Source: Narcine bancroftii (Eukaryota). Taken from it: 64,000 nucleotides of DNA. The stretch covers positions 248,558,001-248,622,000 of the forward strand of contig NC_091471.1 in assembly GCF_036971445.1 (NCBI RefSeq), read 5' to 3'. The notes below the pieces were generated by a model. The model saw only the letters and a list, made by a program, of their open reading frames with translations, was not told the origin of the DNA and made no database searches. The position numbers and the translations under genes were made by a program. Shown one piece after another: positions 48,834-63,219 of this stretch; within the stretch, counting starts at the first letter, position 1; each line of letters starts with the position of its first letter.

Positions 48834-51800
48834 AAAGGAAAATATATAGAGTATAGATAAGAATTAATAAGGGAAAGAAAGGGAAGAGAGGAAGTAAGGA
48901 GGGAATTAAGAGAGTGACCTTTGTTATATATGAAAATTAAAATATTTTCTGGGGGGGCTGGGTGGGGAGGAGTTACGGTCACTGCAAAATCAGTTGACGC
49001 TTGCGAGTGAATTCGCAAATCCAAATAGAGAGGGGAGATGTGGTTGCCCGACAAGGGATAAAGGGCAACTCAGGAAGAGTAGGGGATAGTGGGGTTAAAG
49101 AAATTTTAGATAGGAGAATAAAGGAAATGTTTGATGTTTTAGAAATGTTGTCTTATAAAGTATTCAAAACAAGAAAGCAGAAATGGATAAGAAGGAAAGG
49201 TGATGATGAGGAAACGGAAAGGAAAGATAAACAAAGTATGAAATGGCTACGTTGAACTATATGACTTTAAATATTAACGGAATACATGACCAAATCAAAA
49301 GGAAGAAACTGCTAAATTTACTGAAAAAAGAAAAAATTGATATAGCATTCGTGCAAGAAACACATTTAACTGAAATGGAGCACAAGAAATTAAAGAGAGA
49401 TTGGGTAGGAAATGTAACGGCAGCGACATATAATTCAAAAGCTAGAGGAGTAGCTATATTAATCAGTAAAAATGTACCAATTAAAATAGAAGAGGAAATA
49501 ATAGATCCAGCAGGGAAATATGTAATGATAAAATGTCAGATATATTCGGAGTTTTGGAATTTACTCAATGTATATTCACCTAACGAAGAAGATCAAAAAT
49601 TTATGCAAGATATTTTTTTGAAGATAGCAGACACGCAAGGGAACATACTAATAGGAGGGGATTTCAACCATAATTTGTATTCAAACATGGATAAAACTTG
49701 GAAAAAAATTAACAAAGAACAAAGTAACCAAATTTATAATTAAATCGATGGAAGAAATGCAACTTTTGGATATATGGAGGAAACAACACCCAAAGGAAAA
49801 GTAATATTCATATTATTCGGGTAGACATAAAACATACTCAAGAATAGACCTATTCCTGTTATCAGCTCGTATACAAGACAGAGTAAGAAAAACAGAATAT
49901 AAAGCTAGAATATTATCGGACCACTCACCCCTGATATTGACAATAGAGTTGGAGGACATCCCTCCAAGAATGTATAGATGGAGATTAAACTCCATGCTAC
50001 TTAAAAGGCAGGATTTTAGAGAATTAATTGAAAGACAAATTAAAATGTACTTTGAAATAAATATGGAATCAGTGAAAGATAAGTTTATACTAATGGGACG
50101 CAATGAAAGCGTTCATGTTTTAGATATGTTGTCTTATAAAGTGTTCAAAACAAGAAAGCAGAAATGGATAAGGAAAGGTGATGATGAGGAAATGGAAAGG
50201 AAAGATAAACAAAGTATGAAATGGCTACGTTGAACTAAACGACTTTAAATATCAACGGAACACATAACCAAATCAAAAAGAAGAAACTGCTAAATTTACT
50301 GAAAAAAGAAAAAATTGATATAGCATTCATGCAAGAAACAAGCAATAAGGCAAATAATAAGTTATGTAACCAAGATGAAGAAGGACTACAATCAGGAAGC
50401 AGAGCATTTGGAAAGGGAAATAGCAAATATAGAAAAAGAATTAGCAATGAAGGAAGACACAACTAAAAGAAGAGAATTGGCAGATAAAAAAATAAACTAT
50501 GAAACTCTACAAACATATAAGGTGGAGAAGAACATAATGAAGACAAAACAGAAATATTATGAACTAGGAGAAAAAACGCACAAAATTCTAGCATGGCAGC
50601 TTAAGACAGAACAAACTAAGAGAATGGTATTGGCATCAAGGAAAAAAGACAAGCAAATCACATATAATCCAACGGAGATTAATGAAAACTTCAGAGAATT
50701 CTATGAACAATTATACCAAACTGAAAACGAAGGGAAAGAAGACAAAATAGATGAATTTTTAACTAAAATGGAACTACCAAAATTACAAATAGAGGAACAA
50801 AATAAATTAACAGAACCATTTGAAATAGTAGAAATACAAGAGATAATAAAAAAACTACCAAATAATAAAACACCAGGAGAGGATGGATTCCCAATAGAAT
50901 TCTATAAAACATTTAAAGATTTATTAATTCCGCCCCTCCTGGAAGTAATCAACCAGATTGATAAAACACAAAGCTTACCAGATTCATGCAAAACAGCAAT
51001 AATTACAGTAATACCAAAGACAGGGAAAGATCCACTCGCACCAGCGTCATATAGACCAATATCTTTACTTAACACAGATTATAAGATAATAGCTAAACTA
51101 TTAGCAAACAGATTAGCCGACTATGTACCAAAAATTGAAAATCTAGACCAAACTGGATTTATTAAAAAAAGACGAACAACAGACAATATTTGTAAATTTA
51201 TTAATGTAATTCATGCAGTAGAAGGAAATAAAGCTCCAACAGTAGCAGTTGCTTTAGACGCAGAGAAGGCCTTTGACAGAGTAGAATGGAATTATCTATT
51301 CAAAGTACTACAAAAATTCAGTTTACCAGAGAAATATATTAATTGGATTAAACCATTATATAAGGGGCCATTGGCAAAAGTGACAGTAAATGGATATATA
51401 TCAAAGCAATTTAACTTAAGCAGATCAACAAGGCAGGGATGCCCAATATCGCCCTTATTGTTTGCGTTAGCTATAGAACCACTAGCAGAATTGATAAGAA
51501 CAAAAAATAAAATAAAAGGGATAAAAATAAAAGACAAGGAATATAAAATCAGTTTATTTGCAGATGACGTTATAGTATACTTAACAGAACCAGAAATATC
51601 AATAAAAGAATTACATAGGAAATTGAAGGAATATGGAGAAGTGTCGGGATACAAGATTAACGCAAATAAAAATGAAGCAATGCCAATGAATTATGCGGAT
51701 TTCTCAAAATTTAAGAAAGAATCACCATTCAGATGGCAAATGCAAGCAATACGATACCTAGGTATGCAAATAAATAAAAACCTCGGCCATCTATATAAAC

Positions 51801-54800
51801 TCAATTATTATCCACTAATGAAAAAATTACAGGACGACTTAGAGCATTGGAAAGACTTACCACTAACACTAATAGGAAGGATAAACTGTATTAAAATGAA
51901 CATTTTCCCAAGGATACAATACCTATTTCAGGCATTGCCAATATACTTGACGGAGAAACTCTTCAAGGAGTTAAAGAAAATAATAAGGAAATTTTTATGG
52001 AAAGGGGGGAAACCGAGGATAGCACTAGATAAATTAATAGAATGGTATAAACAAGGAGGCTTACAACCGCCAAACTTTAAAAATTATTATAGAGCCGCAC
52101 AATTAAGATACCTATCAGATTTTTATCAAACAAGGGAAAAGCCAAATTGGACTAGATTAGAACTAGATAAAATAGGGGAGAAGATACCTGAACATATTAT
52201 ATAAATGGGATGAAAAATTGGTACAACGTAGGAATTCTCCAGTATTACATCATCTGCTCAATATTTGGAAGAAGATTCATGTAGAAAGAAATAAAACAAA
52301 TTACCAATTACCAAAACTAATACTGACGCAAAATCAGCTAATCCCTTTTACAATAGATAACCTTTCCTTTAGAGAATGGGAGAAAAAAGGGATCAAAAGA
52401 ATAGAAAATTGCTTTTCAGGAAATAAATTATTATCCTTTGAACAAATGAAGGATAAATATAATATAACTCACTATACAGTGTTGGCATACTACCAACTGA
52501 AATCCTACTTGAAGGATAAATTGGGAAGCAGTCTGAGGTTACCAGAGGGAAGTAATTTTGAATATGTGATTACAGACACAATGATAATCAAAAAATTTAT
52601 AACAAATATGTATATTAAACTGCAAGAAAAGGTGAATGAGGAAACAAATGGTAAAACTAAACAAAAATGGGAACAAGATTTAAACATAAAGATAAAGAAG
52701 GAAACATGGGAGAAGTTATGCTCTGGAACTATGAGAAATACAATAAACACGAGGTTACGTATGATACAATATAACTGGATACACAGGCTATACATTACAC
52801 CTCAAAAGTTAAATAAATGGGACCCAACAGTATCTGACAGATGTTTTCGCTGTAAAAAGGAAATGGGAACAACAATTCATGCAATTTGGACATGTGAGAA
52901 AGTGAAAAAATTTTGGGAAGATCTAAACCAGATATTGGACTTGATTTGGATGGTGCACAAAAAAGATTTGTTAGGATAGCCCTAGCTGTAGCAAAAAAAT
53001 ATATTATGTCAGCCTGGAAATTAGAAGATAACTTAAGAATACAACAATGGTATATAGAAATGTAAAAATGTATTCCATTAGAAAAAAAATAACATATAAT
53101 TTAAGAAATAATATTACAATATTTGAACAAATATGGGAGCCATACATGAAACACAATAGAGAAAACCTACCGGGGACATCTACCACCTAAAATGACAGAA
53201 GGAGAGGGAAATGAAAAGAATTGACTCAGTGGAATTTCTTGTTTATTTTTATTGAGTGACAACATTGTTTGACGGGTTTAATGTATCTTAGATTCTGAAC
53301 TTTAAATGAATGGGTGGGGAGGTAGGGAGGGTGGGATGGGAAGAGGGAGGGGGGAGAAAACGACACTGTATATATTGTATGTATCTTGATCAATGTGGTT
53401 TATAGTGTGAAAAATAAAAAATTTAAAAAAAAGATTGTAGATACGCAGGAGAATATATTGATAGGAGGGGATTTTAACTTTAATTTGGATCCAATGTTGG
53501 ATAAAACTGGACAAAAGGCTAGCAAAAAGAATAAAGTGCCAAATTTATGGTTAAATCAATGCAGGAAATGAAACCTATGGATATATGGAGGAGGCAGCAC
53601 CCAAGGAAGAAGGAATATTCATATTATTCGAGTAGGCATAAAACATACTTAAAGATTGATATGTTTTTGTTGTCGGCCCATATTCAAGGGAGAGTTAGTA
53701 AAACTGAATATAAACCTAGATTGCTATCTGATCGCTCACCCCTGTTATTAGCAATAGAACTGGAGGACATCCCACCAAGAACGTATGGATGGAGGTTAAA
53801 CTCCATGCTACTTAAAAGACAGAAATTTAGAGAATTTATTGAATGCCAAATTAAAATGTACTTTGAAATAAATACAGAATCAGTGAAAGACAAATTTATA
53901 CTATGGGATACAATGAAAGCCTTCATCAGAAGGCAGATAATAAATTATGTAACTAAGATGAAATAGGGCAGTTGGAAAGGGAGATAGTAAGTAAAGAAAA
54001 AGAACTAGTAACAAGGGACGATATAACAAAAAGAAGAGAATTGACGGACAAAAAAATAAAATACAAAACATTACAAACGTATAAGGTGGAGAAGAACACA
54101 ATGAAAATAAAGCAAAAGTATTATGAGCTAGGAGAAAAAAAACACGCAAAATATTAGCCTGGCAACTTGAAACAGAACAAGCTAAAAGAACTGCAATGGC
54201 ATCAAGGAAAAAGGACAAACAAATTACATATAATCCAATGGAGATTAATGAGAACTTTTAAGGAATTTTATGAACAATTATACCAAACTGAGAAAAAGAT
54301 GATAAAATAGAAGAGTTTTTAGCTGAAACTGAACTGCCGAAATTGCAAGAAGAGGAACAAAACAAACTGTTAAAACCATTTGAAGTAAAGGAAGTAAAGG
54401 ATATATTAAAAAAGCTTCCAAACAATAAAACGCCTGGAGAGGATGGATTCCCAATAGAATTCTATAAAACATTTAAAGAGTTATTAATTCCTCCCCTCCT
54501 GGAAGTAATGAACCAGATAGAAGAAACACAAAACTTGCCAGATTCATGTAAGACAGCAATAATTACAATAATGCCAAAGACAGGGAAGGATCCATTAACA
54601 CCAGCATCGTATAGACCAATATCTCTACTTAACTCAGATTATAGGATAATAGCAAAACTATTAGCAAACAGATTGGCCAACTGTGTACCAAAAATAGTAA
54701 AACAAGATCAAATTGGATTTATTAAGAAAAGATGAACAGTGGTTAATGTCTGTAAATTTGTTAATCTAATTCATGCAGTTCAAGAAAATAAGAAGCCAAC

Positions 54801-57530
54801 AGTGGCTGTTGCTTTCGATGCAGAAAACGCCTTTGACAGGGTAGAATGGAATTATTTATTCAAAGTATTACAGAAGTTCAATCTACCAGAAAAATATATT
54901 AATTGGATTAAAGCATTGTATAATGGACCATTGGCGAAGGTAACAGTAATTGGATATGTATCGAATCAATTTAAATTAAGTAGGTCAACTAGGCAGGGAT
55001 GTCCATTATCTCCCTCATTGTTTGCTTTAGCAATAGAAACAATGGCAGAACTGATAAGAACATAAAATAAAATAAAAGGGATAAAAATAAAGGAGAAGGA
55101 GTATAAAATCAGTTTATTTGCAGATGACATCATAGTATACTTAACAGAACCAGAAATATCAATAAAGGAACTATATAAGAAATTGAAGGAATATGGAGAA
55201 ATATCGGGGTACAAGATCAACGCAAATAAAAATGAAGCGATGCCAATGAGTAATGCGGATTATACAGAATTTAAAAAAGAATCACCATTTAAATGGCAAA
55301 CACAAGCAATCCGATACCTAGATATTAGATTAAATCATAATTTAAGCCAACTGTACAAATTAAATTATCAGCCACTAATAAAGAAATTGCAGGAAGACTT
55401 AGAATATTGGAATTACCACTAACATTGATAGGGAGGGTAAATTGCATTAAAATGAATGTCTTCCCAAGGATACAATACTTATTTTAATCATTACCAATTC
55501 CCTTAAAAGATAAGTTCTTTAATGAACTACAGAGAATAATAAGGAAATTTTTATGGAAAGGGGGGAAAATTAACAGAATGGTACAACCAAAGTGGTTTGC
55601 AGTTACCAAACTTTTAAAATTATTATAGAGCAGCACAATTAAGGTATTTATCAGATTTTTCCCAGACAAGGGAAAAACCAGATTGGACTAAGATAGAGCT
55701 AAGATAGGGGAGAAGGTACCGGAACATAAAGTGGGATGAAAAGCTGATACGATATAAAAGCTCACCAATATTGCATCACTTACGCAATATATGGAAGAAG
55801 ATTCACTTAGAAAGGAAAAAAACAAATTACCAACTACCAAAATTATTACTGATGTAAAATCAGCTAATCCCTTTTTACAAAAGATAACCTTTCCTTTAGA
55901 GAATGGGAGAGAAAAGGAATTAAAAGAATAGAAAATTGTTTTTTGGGAAATTATTTATTAACATTTGAACAAATGAAGTACAAATATGGAATAACTCGTG
56001 GTACAATGTTTGCATATCATCAACTGAAAGCTTATTTAAAGGATAAATTGGAAAACAGACTGAGATTACCAGAAGGAAACAGTTTTGAATATGTGATTAC
56101 AGAAACAATGATAATAAAAAGATTTATAACAAACATGTACGTCGAGCTGCAAGAGAAAGAAATGATGAAATAAGCTATAAACCTAAACAAATGTGGGAAA
56201 AAGATTGAAACAAAGATAACAAATGAAATATGGAAAAGTTATGCTCTGGAACTATGAAGAATATAATAAACACAAGTTTATCCATGATACAATATAATTG
56301 GTTACACAGGCTATGTATCACGCCCCAAAAGTTAAATAAATGGGACCCAACAGTATCAGATAGATGTTTTCGCTGTAAGAAGGAAACGGGAACAACAGTA
56401 CATGCAATTTGGGCATGTGAGAAAGTGGAAACGTTTTGGGAAGATGTAAATCAGGTATTAAATAAAATCACAAAAAGCAACATACCAAAAAATCCAGAGA
56501 TCTTTCTTCTAAGTAATATAAGAAGTAAAGAATTAGGCCTCAAACTGGATGAAGCGCAAAAAAGACTTATTATGATAGCCTTAGCTGTAGCAAAAAAAAT
56601 GTATAATGTCAACTTGGAAATCAGAAGAGAGCCTGAGAGTACAGCAATGGTATATAGAAATGAATAAATGTATTCCATTGGAAAAAATAACATATAATTT
56701 AAAAAATAAAGTCACATTATTTGAACAAATTTGGGAACCATACATGGAACATAACAGAGAGGGCCTACCATGGACTTCCACCCCCTAAAATGATAGAATG
56801 AGAAGATGAAATGACCTGACCCAGTGTGTAAAAGAAGCTGACACAATTTTCTTGTTTATTTTCATTGTGTGATGACGTTGTTTAATGGTTTTATTGTATT
56901 GTATATGTTGAACGTTTAGTGGGTAGGGAGGGGATGGGAAGGTGGGAGGGAAGGTAAGGGGATAGTGGAGAAATTGCCACTGTGTATATTCAAGAGGGAA
57001 ATGTTTATGTGTATTTTGATTGATATGGTTCACAGTATGAAAAATTTTTAAAAATTAAGTCACCCCCACCTTTCTTCACTCCAGAGAGAGAGATATATAT
57101 ATATTATTTTTTAAAAATAATTAGAACTGCTCGTACTATCCATCCAAGATGCTCATATTCATGAAACAATATTTATTTATTTACCTATATATAGGAATAC
57201 TTGTCCTGCATGTGCATTGTTTGTCTTCTGCATGTTGCGTCTGGTTGTGTGACTGCATGTTTTGCACTGAGGACCAGAGAACACTGTTTTGTCGGGTTGT
57301 ACTTGTGCAATTAGATGACAATAAACTCAATTTGACTTGACTTTTGGGGAATGGGTGGGTAAGTGGAATGGAGCCTATGACCAGATCAGCCATGATCTTA
57401 CTGCACAGTGGAGTGGGCTTGATGGTCCTGATGGGCTCCTGCTCTCATAAAACTTCTCAAAATGTGACCTTTTATTGCTTATTTTAGCCTCCCCCTCAAG
57501 TTGAGTGATTAATATTTAAGTGGAACTCAC

Positions 57531-57845
57531 AATAAGTTTGCAGAGTCTCCGAGCGCTTTGCAATTTGCTTTGTTAGGTTGGAGCCCAGGTCCAACTCTGC
57601 CAAGCAGGTGTAAACCTGCCCATCATCGCTCTTCCTTGCTGTGACCTCGAGGACATTCTTCAATCGAACATCATCGTCTGGGTAACCTTCCTCGTTTGTG
57701 GAAATATGCTGAATTTTCTCGTTCCCCCTCAGCCACGTGAGTATGACCTTGTTGTTTGGGTAAACTCTCGGACCAATGCATATCAAGCTATAATTCTGAT
57801 CAATTTCCAACACTTCAGCAGGGGCGATAACATTTAGGTGTTCAT
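57531..57845 (-). CDS. ICAM/VCAM-like gene, Ig domain 2 exon (315 nt, phase 1-1)
   Basis: Acceptor ttctccctcaacag, donor T|GTGAGT. Encodes ..YSLICIGPRVYPNNKVILTWLRG..DDGQVYTCLAEL.., a C2-set Ig domain with C-W-C. Confidence 0.92.
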
Positions 57846-57899
57846 CTGTTGAGGGAGAACCATGGGTTAATAATTTGCATTCCAACAATGAATCTGATG

Positions 57900-58680
57900 C
57901 GGCGACGGAGGCGAACCGGCTCTGTGTGTGGCGGCTGCTCAAGATGGCATCGCCAGGCCCGGGCTCCCTCGTGGCCAGAGAGACCGCGCACGCGCTCTCG
58001 GCTGCGTTGTCTCGTCACAGCCGACGCAGAGGGTGGGACTTGACAGCACAGCGCGGGCTTTTTGAATTCAAACAGATGGGAACAGAACCGACTCCAGCTC
58101 ATGGTTTCCATTCTCATCTCCCCTTCGTAAGCTACCGCTACTATTGGTGACCCCAACGTGATTTCAGTTGGCAGCTCGCGAGGTGACAGTAGCCATCTAA
58201 TGCTGCTAATCACTTCTCATTTATTTAGCTCCTTATTTTACAACTAAAGTGCTCTACATTACTTGCCTTTCTTTCTTCTACATATATTGGTATTTGAATG
58301 GCTACAAGGAGCAAATTTTGGAAGAAAGAAATAGCGTTAACGAATCTGGCCATGGTTCTATCACCGAGATATAGACGAATAGACGAATCCTTAATGAAGT
58401 CTTGGGTCAGATTAACAATAAACCCATCCAAGTACAAAAAAAAAACTAAAGAACATGGTGAACGTTTGACAACGGTTGAGTAGGAACAGAGCAACTTGAA
58501 CAAATTGATGAAGAGGAAAATACGCGGCAGTAATCTGAAACTTGCGAAGAAAGTCGTTGATTTGGAAGACAGGAGTAGATGACAGGATTATGAATCCTGG
58601 ATTATAAATCCTGGGCTTGCCTGAATCCACAGAAAGTGGATTTCTATTCTTTTAATAATTTATCTGAACTCTGCTTGTCC
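57900..58680 (+). mobile_element. 5' fragment of a third L1-clade element (CpG-rich 5' UTR and decayed ORF1)
   Basis: CpG-rich leader with CAAGATGGC. ORF1 remnants MATRSK.., KVVDLEDRSR, ILGLPES. Confidence 0.65.
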
Positions 58681-59181
58681 CAACTCATCATCCATTTCAA
58701 GATTCAATTTATTGTCATGTAATAAAAACAGTGTAATATTACACAGCATTTGCTTTTGTCTGCTACAAGGCAGGCAGATTCTCCACTGGCAGAAATTGCC
58801 TGAAGCACCTCACAGTCAGAGAAAGAGAAGCAAGAGAGTCGTGTTCCCACCACCCAGAATCCCCGGTGTCGATGGATTCGCCGCAGCCCCCAGAGTCCAG
58901 CCACACAAGAGTCCAGTCCAAACTATCAGCAGCCCGAGCTCCAGATCCAAATCTCCGACACAATCAGGAACCCTTCAGCACCTGTTTCTGATACCCGCTT
59001 CCCCTTCAGCCAGCTCCTGAGCCAGTCTCCAGCAGTGCGCAGCCCGGTGGGAATCCCTCGACCACAGTCGCCAGCAGCCCACAGCCTGCACAGGTTCCTT
59101 GCCTCGAGCCACCATCAGCCTGGAACATGTACATTTCTTCAAATGCAGAACCCCTCATTGGCCTGTTGCCGTGGTCACATT

Positions 59182-59430
59182 CAGTGCTGGATTTAGGCAG
59201 ATGCTAAACAAGCTACAGCTTAGGGCCTCACAATCTGCAGGCGCCTCAAAAATATATTAAGGTATGTTAAAACTATTTTAAAAGTTACAGTTAAGTATTG
59301 TTTCCAGCCAACCAAATGATAAATATGTAATCAGTAAATTCATTTGAAAATAATCTGTATTGTAATTTTTTAACTAGGGCCTCCAAGCTTTATTTAGCTT
59401 ATAGCCTCACCGAAACTAAATCTGGCACTG
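59182..59430. mobile_element. hAT-type MITE, second family
   Basis: TIR CAGTGCTGGATTTAG / CTAAATCTGGCACTG. 8-bp TSD GTCACATT/GTCACAGT. Confidence 0.8.
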
Positions 59431-59659
59431 GTCACAGTCTCCTCTGCTTCTCCTTCTCAAACATGGGTTGTTCTATCTGTTTTCTTATTAATGTATTCAT
59501 AAGATGTGGGCACACAAGCAAGAACTTATAAAAACTCTTCAATATTCAATCTAACCTCATAATAATTCTTTCACAATTCTTATCAGAATAATATTTTTTT
59601 CAGCTGTAGAACATACAGTTCTGTGACATCCTGTGCCTTGAGCTACTCAGAAGGGTCTG

Positions 59660-60240
59660 GGGGGGATCATGCTCTGCTGACCATTAATGGTTCCACCGTT
59701 GAGGTTGTCAATAGTATCAAGTTCCTTGGAGTGCACCTGGCGGAGAATCTCACCTGATCCCTTATCGCCAGCTTCATAGTCAAGAAATCTGAGGAAAGTT
59801 CATCTCCCACCCTCAATCATCACTAGATTCTAAAAGTGAATGCATCGGGAGCATCGTGTGCAACTGCACCTCAGTCTGGTTTGGAAGCTGTACCTCCCCG
59901 GACTGCAAGACCCTGCAGAGGAGAGTGGAGTCAGTGGAAAAGATCATTGGGGGTTCTCTTCCTACCATGAAGGACGTCTACAACACTTGATGCAGGTGAA
60001 AGGCAATAAACATTGTGAAGGGCTCCACACACCCCTCACATCAACTGTTCTCCCTTCTGCCATCTGGTAGGAGGTACTTATGTCCAGATTGGGCAATGTA
60101 TACATCTTAATATTTTAACGTGTTTAACTTCTATTCTAACTTATATTTATGTAAATAGGCTTCGTGGTCCTGGAGAAATGCTATCTCATCTTTATCGTGC
60201 GAGCATGGTATGAATGATAAATAAACATGACTTGACTAAC
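59660..60240 (+). mobile_element. L2/Rex-Babar-like LINE 3' fragment
   Basis: Remnants IKFLGVHL, CKTLQRRVESVEKIIG, HQLFSLLPSGRR. Tail aataaacatgacttgact. Confidence 0.65.
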
Positions 60241-60390
60241 CACATTGGAGGGCCTAGAGTCCAAACAAAGACCAGAGCAAACAATTTTCCTTTTCTCACA
60301 AGACACCAGCAAACCAGATGGTTTTTACAATCGAATAGTTCCATGGTCACCATTACAGAGCTTATCTTTTATGCAAAAGTCCAGATTTTG

Positions 60391-60605
60391 GTGGCACAGT
60401 TAACGCAAAGCGGTTAGTGCCAGCGATCAGGGCCGGGGTTCGAATCCTGCGCTGTCTGTAAGGGGGTTATACGTTCTCCCCGTGTCTGCGTGGGTTTCCT
60501 CTTGGTGCTCTGGTTTCCTATCACCATCTAAAACGTACTGGGGGGCTATAGGTTAAATCGGGTGTAATTGGGCAGTATGGGCTCATGGGCCGAGAGGTAT
60601 GTCTA
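60391..60605 (+). mobile_element. tRNA-derived V-SINE-type element (representative; related copies at about 13230-13445, 19180-19350, 25025-25240, 26820-27020, 27265-27480, 29560-29740, 30165-30400, 39500-39690, 41403-41570, 42185-42403)
   Basis: B-box GGTTCGAATCC and core ttctccccgtgtctgcgtgggtttcc recur throughout the window. Confidence 0.8.
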
Positions 60606-60679
60606 AATTAAAAATGTTTAAAATTGTCCCCTAAGTGATTGGAACTAACTTCCCTGAATCAATGATCCAGACCCCTCTA

Positions 60680-61550
60680 AATAACTACATATGCAAATTC
60701 GCAGATGACACTGAACTGGGTGGGAGTGTAAAGTGCGAGGAGGATGTCAGGAAATTGCAAGTGGACTTGGATAGTTTAGGGGAGTGGGCGGAAAGATGGC
60801 AGATGAAGTTTAATGTGAGCAAATGCGAGGTTGTCCATTTTGGAGGCAGAAACAAGAGAGCAGAATATTATTTAAATGGAGTTAAGCTAGGGAGTGGGGT
60901 AGTGCAAATGGATCTGGGCGTACTTGTTCACCAGTCATTGAAAACTAGCATGCAGGTTCAGCATGCTATGGGATATTGGCTTTCATAAAGAGGGGATTGG
61001 AGTATAAGAGTAGAGAAGCCCTCCTGCAGTTGTACAGGGTTCTGGTGAGACCTCACCTGGAGTATTGCGTCCAGTTCTGATCCTCCTATTTAAGAAAGGA
61101 CATTCTTGCTATAGAAGGAGTGCAGCACAGGTTTATAAGGTTAGTTCCCGGGATGGCAGGATTGTCATACATGGATAGGTTAGAAAGACTGAAGCCCAGT
61201 CTCCATATGCGATGGAGTTTAGAAGGACGAGGGGAGACATGATTGAGGTATTTAGGATTATCAAAGGGCTTGACAGGGTGAAATCAGAGTACATGCTCCC
61301 AATGACGGGAGAGACGAGGACTATAGGGCATAGTTTAAGAATACAGGGAAGGCCATGTAACACAGAAATGAGGAGAATTTTTTTTTTAACCAGAGAGTTG
61401 TGGATCTGTGGAATGCATTACCACAGAGGGTAGTGGGGGCAGATTCGCTGGATAGATTTAAGAGACAGTTGGATAAGGCTCTTGTGGGCAGGGGAGTTAA
61501 GGGTTATGGGGATAAGGGTGGGATTGGTTACTGAAAGGGAAAGATCAGCC
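60680..61550 (+). mobile_element. CR1 LINE 3' fragment
   Basis: KFADDTELGG, WAERWQMKFNVSKCEVVHFG, RGDMIEVFRIIKGLDRV. Confidence 0.9.
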
Positions 61551-62329
61551 AATTGGTCCTTCGAGCCAGCACCTATTGTCTATGCTAATCCACTATCCTG
61601 AATGATAATATTATCTGTGTGAAGATCTCTGTTGACAAGATATTTCCTTAAACAGCGTTTATTAAAATCAATAGAAGTTAGATTTGGAGGTTTGGATCTG
61701 GAGTCCGGGCTGTTGATGGTTTGGACTGGAATCCACAGACACTCATTCACATTCTTCTGCTTCTCGGTCCCTGACTTCAAGAGGTGCTTCAGACAATTCC
61801 TGCTGTCAGAGAATCTGTCTACCTTACAGCAGCAAAGCAAATTCCATGTAATTTGGCACTGGTTTTTTTAAAAACATGACAATAAATGAATCCTGAATCT
61901 TGAGAGCTTTCCAAACTCTCTCACTGCCTTTGAACACAGTTCATAAACTCAAGACAATTATACTCTGTTAGAATACACCCAAATTTGGTAAATCCTCACC
62001 TTCTCCAAACTCGGTCAGCTATGACAAGCTTCTTTACAAACTAAGCAATTCTTCCCCCCCACCCCCAGCTATTGAAGTGAGAAATGAAAAGTGGCTTATA
62101 CTTCTCCTGTAAATTGCCATGTCTTCATAATTAATTATGTCGCCTGTGATTAAGATTTTTCTACAGAGGAATTTCAGTACAATATTTTCATCAGCTTTGA
62201 GAGAGATGAGGAAACTTGACATAAAATATGAAAGATGGGGAAACTAGTGCAGACATGTGGAGTGATGGATTAAACCAGTATGAACAGGCTAAGCATGGAA
62301 ATTAGAATGCAGGAAGCAGAGTCAGCCTA

Positions 62330-62891
62330 TGTAAGATAAGAATCTTCTAGTCTTTTCCACAGGATCAGTGAGCCCACCTTATGAATAAGATAAGGAGATA
62401 GTCTGGATGAGATAAGGGTCTCCTAGCCCTAGACAGAAGTACCAAGTTCTACATATATAATTAGTAAGCCTTACCACAGATTTATCAAGTTATGCATATT
62501 AAATTAGTAAACCCTAGACAGGATTAACGAACTCTGCATATGAAGAGACTGTATCTGAAAGGTGTGAATGGGGACAAGGGCAATAAGGACAATGAGGATA
62601 ATGACATGATAAGACACCGACAGGAAACCCCCTGGTCCTCCAAGTGCACAGAAACAGCACGTAGGCAGGCAGGATTACCTAATGCCAAACCTCTCCAGGA
62701 GGCAGAAGAATGTAAGGGGGAGGGTATTCCTATACTGAAATGAACTGTATAAAAGTTGGGTGAGGCCCAGTGTATGTGTGTATTCCCATGGTAAGGAGAA
62801 GCACCCAACTTTGCATTGTTGTTTAATAAATGTTCTTTGTTCTCAATTTTTGTCTCGAGCAATTTCTGTGAAGGTACTTCTGTTTCTAACA
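62330..62891 (+). mobile_element. Solo LTR
   Basis: TGTAAG...CTAACA ends, TATAAAA at about 62748, AATAAA at about 62825. TSD degraded. Confidence 0.65.
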
Positions 62892-63219
62892 GCTTCTAAT
62901 GCTGGGTGCAGTAAAACACACATTCTGCAACGTTGCCTGTGGCCTCTCGAACTGTCACATTTTGACTTCTGTTTGCTCTCTTCTGCTCTTTGTACAACAA
63001 AACATGGCTTGGAAGATCCCATAACATCTGCTTTTGAGTTTAAAAAAAATGAAGATTCTGCATCCTGAGCATTTTTGGGTTTATTTTATGGATTTTGGCC
63101 TGCTGGTCACAAAAAATCTCTTTCAAAATATCTTATCATATACTGTTTTTTTTAAGATTATAACCCATCTTTCTGATTTTCTGTCATACTTTAAGTCGAC
63201 TTCAAGTGGACAAAACCTC

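Larger units (their letters stand above)
45416..53430 (+). mobile_element. Near full-length L1, subfamily A, inserted in the endonuclease region of the outer L1
   Basis: 16-bp TSD AAGATTGTAGATACGC at 45400-45415 and 53431-53446. AATAAA and A-tail. Open RT segment of 609 aa at 50375-52204. Confidence 0.95.
43365..57055 (+). mobile_element. Near full-length L1, subfamily B (outer element of the nest), degenerate
   Basis: ORF1 43939-44364. ORF2 starts at 45021, resumes at 53447 (ENILIGGDFN), continues through the RT and C-terminal CFRC..HAIWAC motif, then a G-rich 3' UTR. Many stops. Confidence 0.92.

Noticed and set aside
60391-60460. tRNA genes at A/B-box matches
   Set aside because: These are SINE heads followed by the SINE core; no cloverleaf can be formed.
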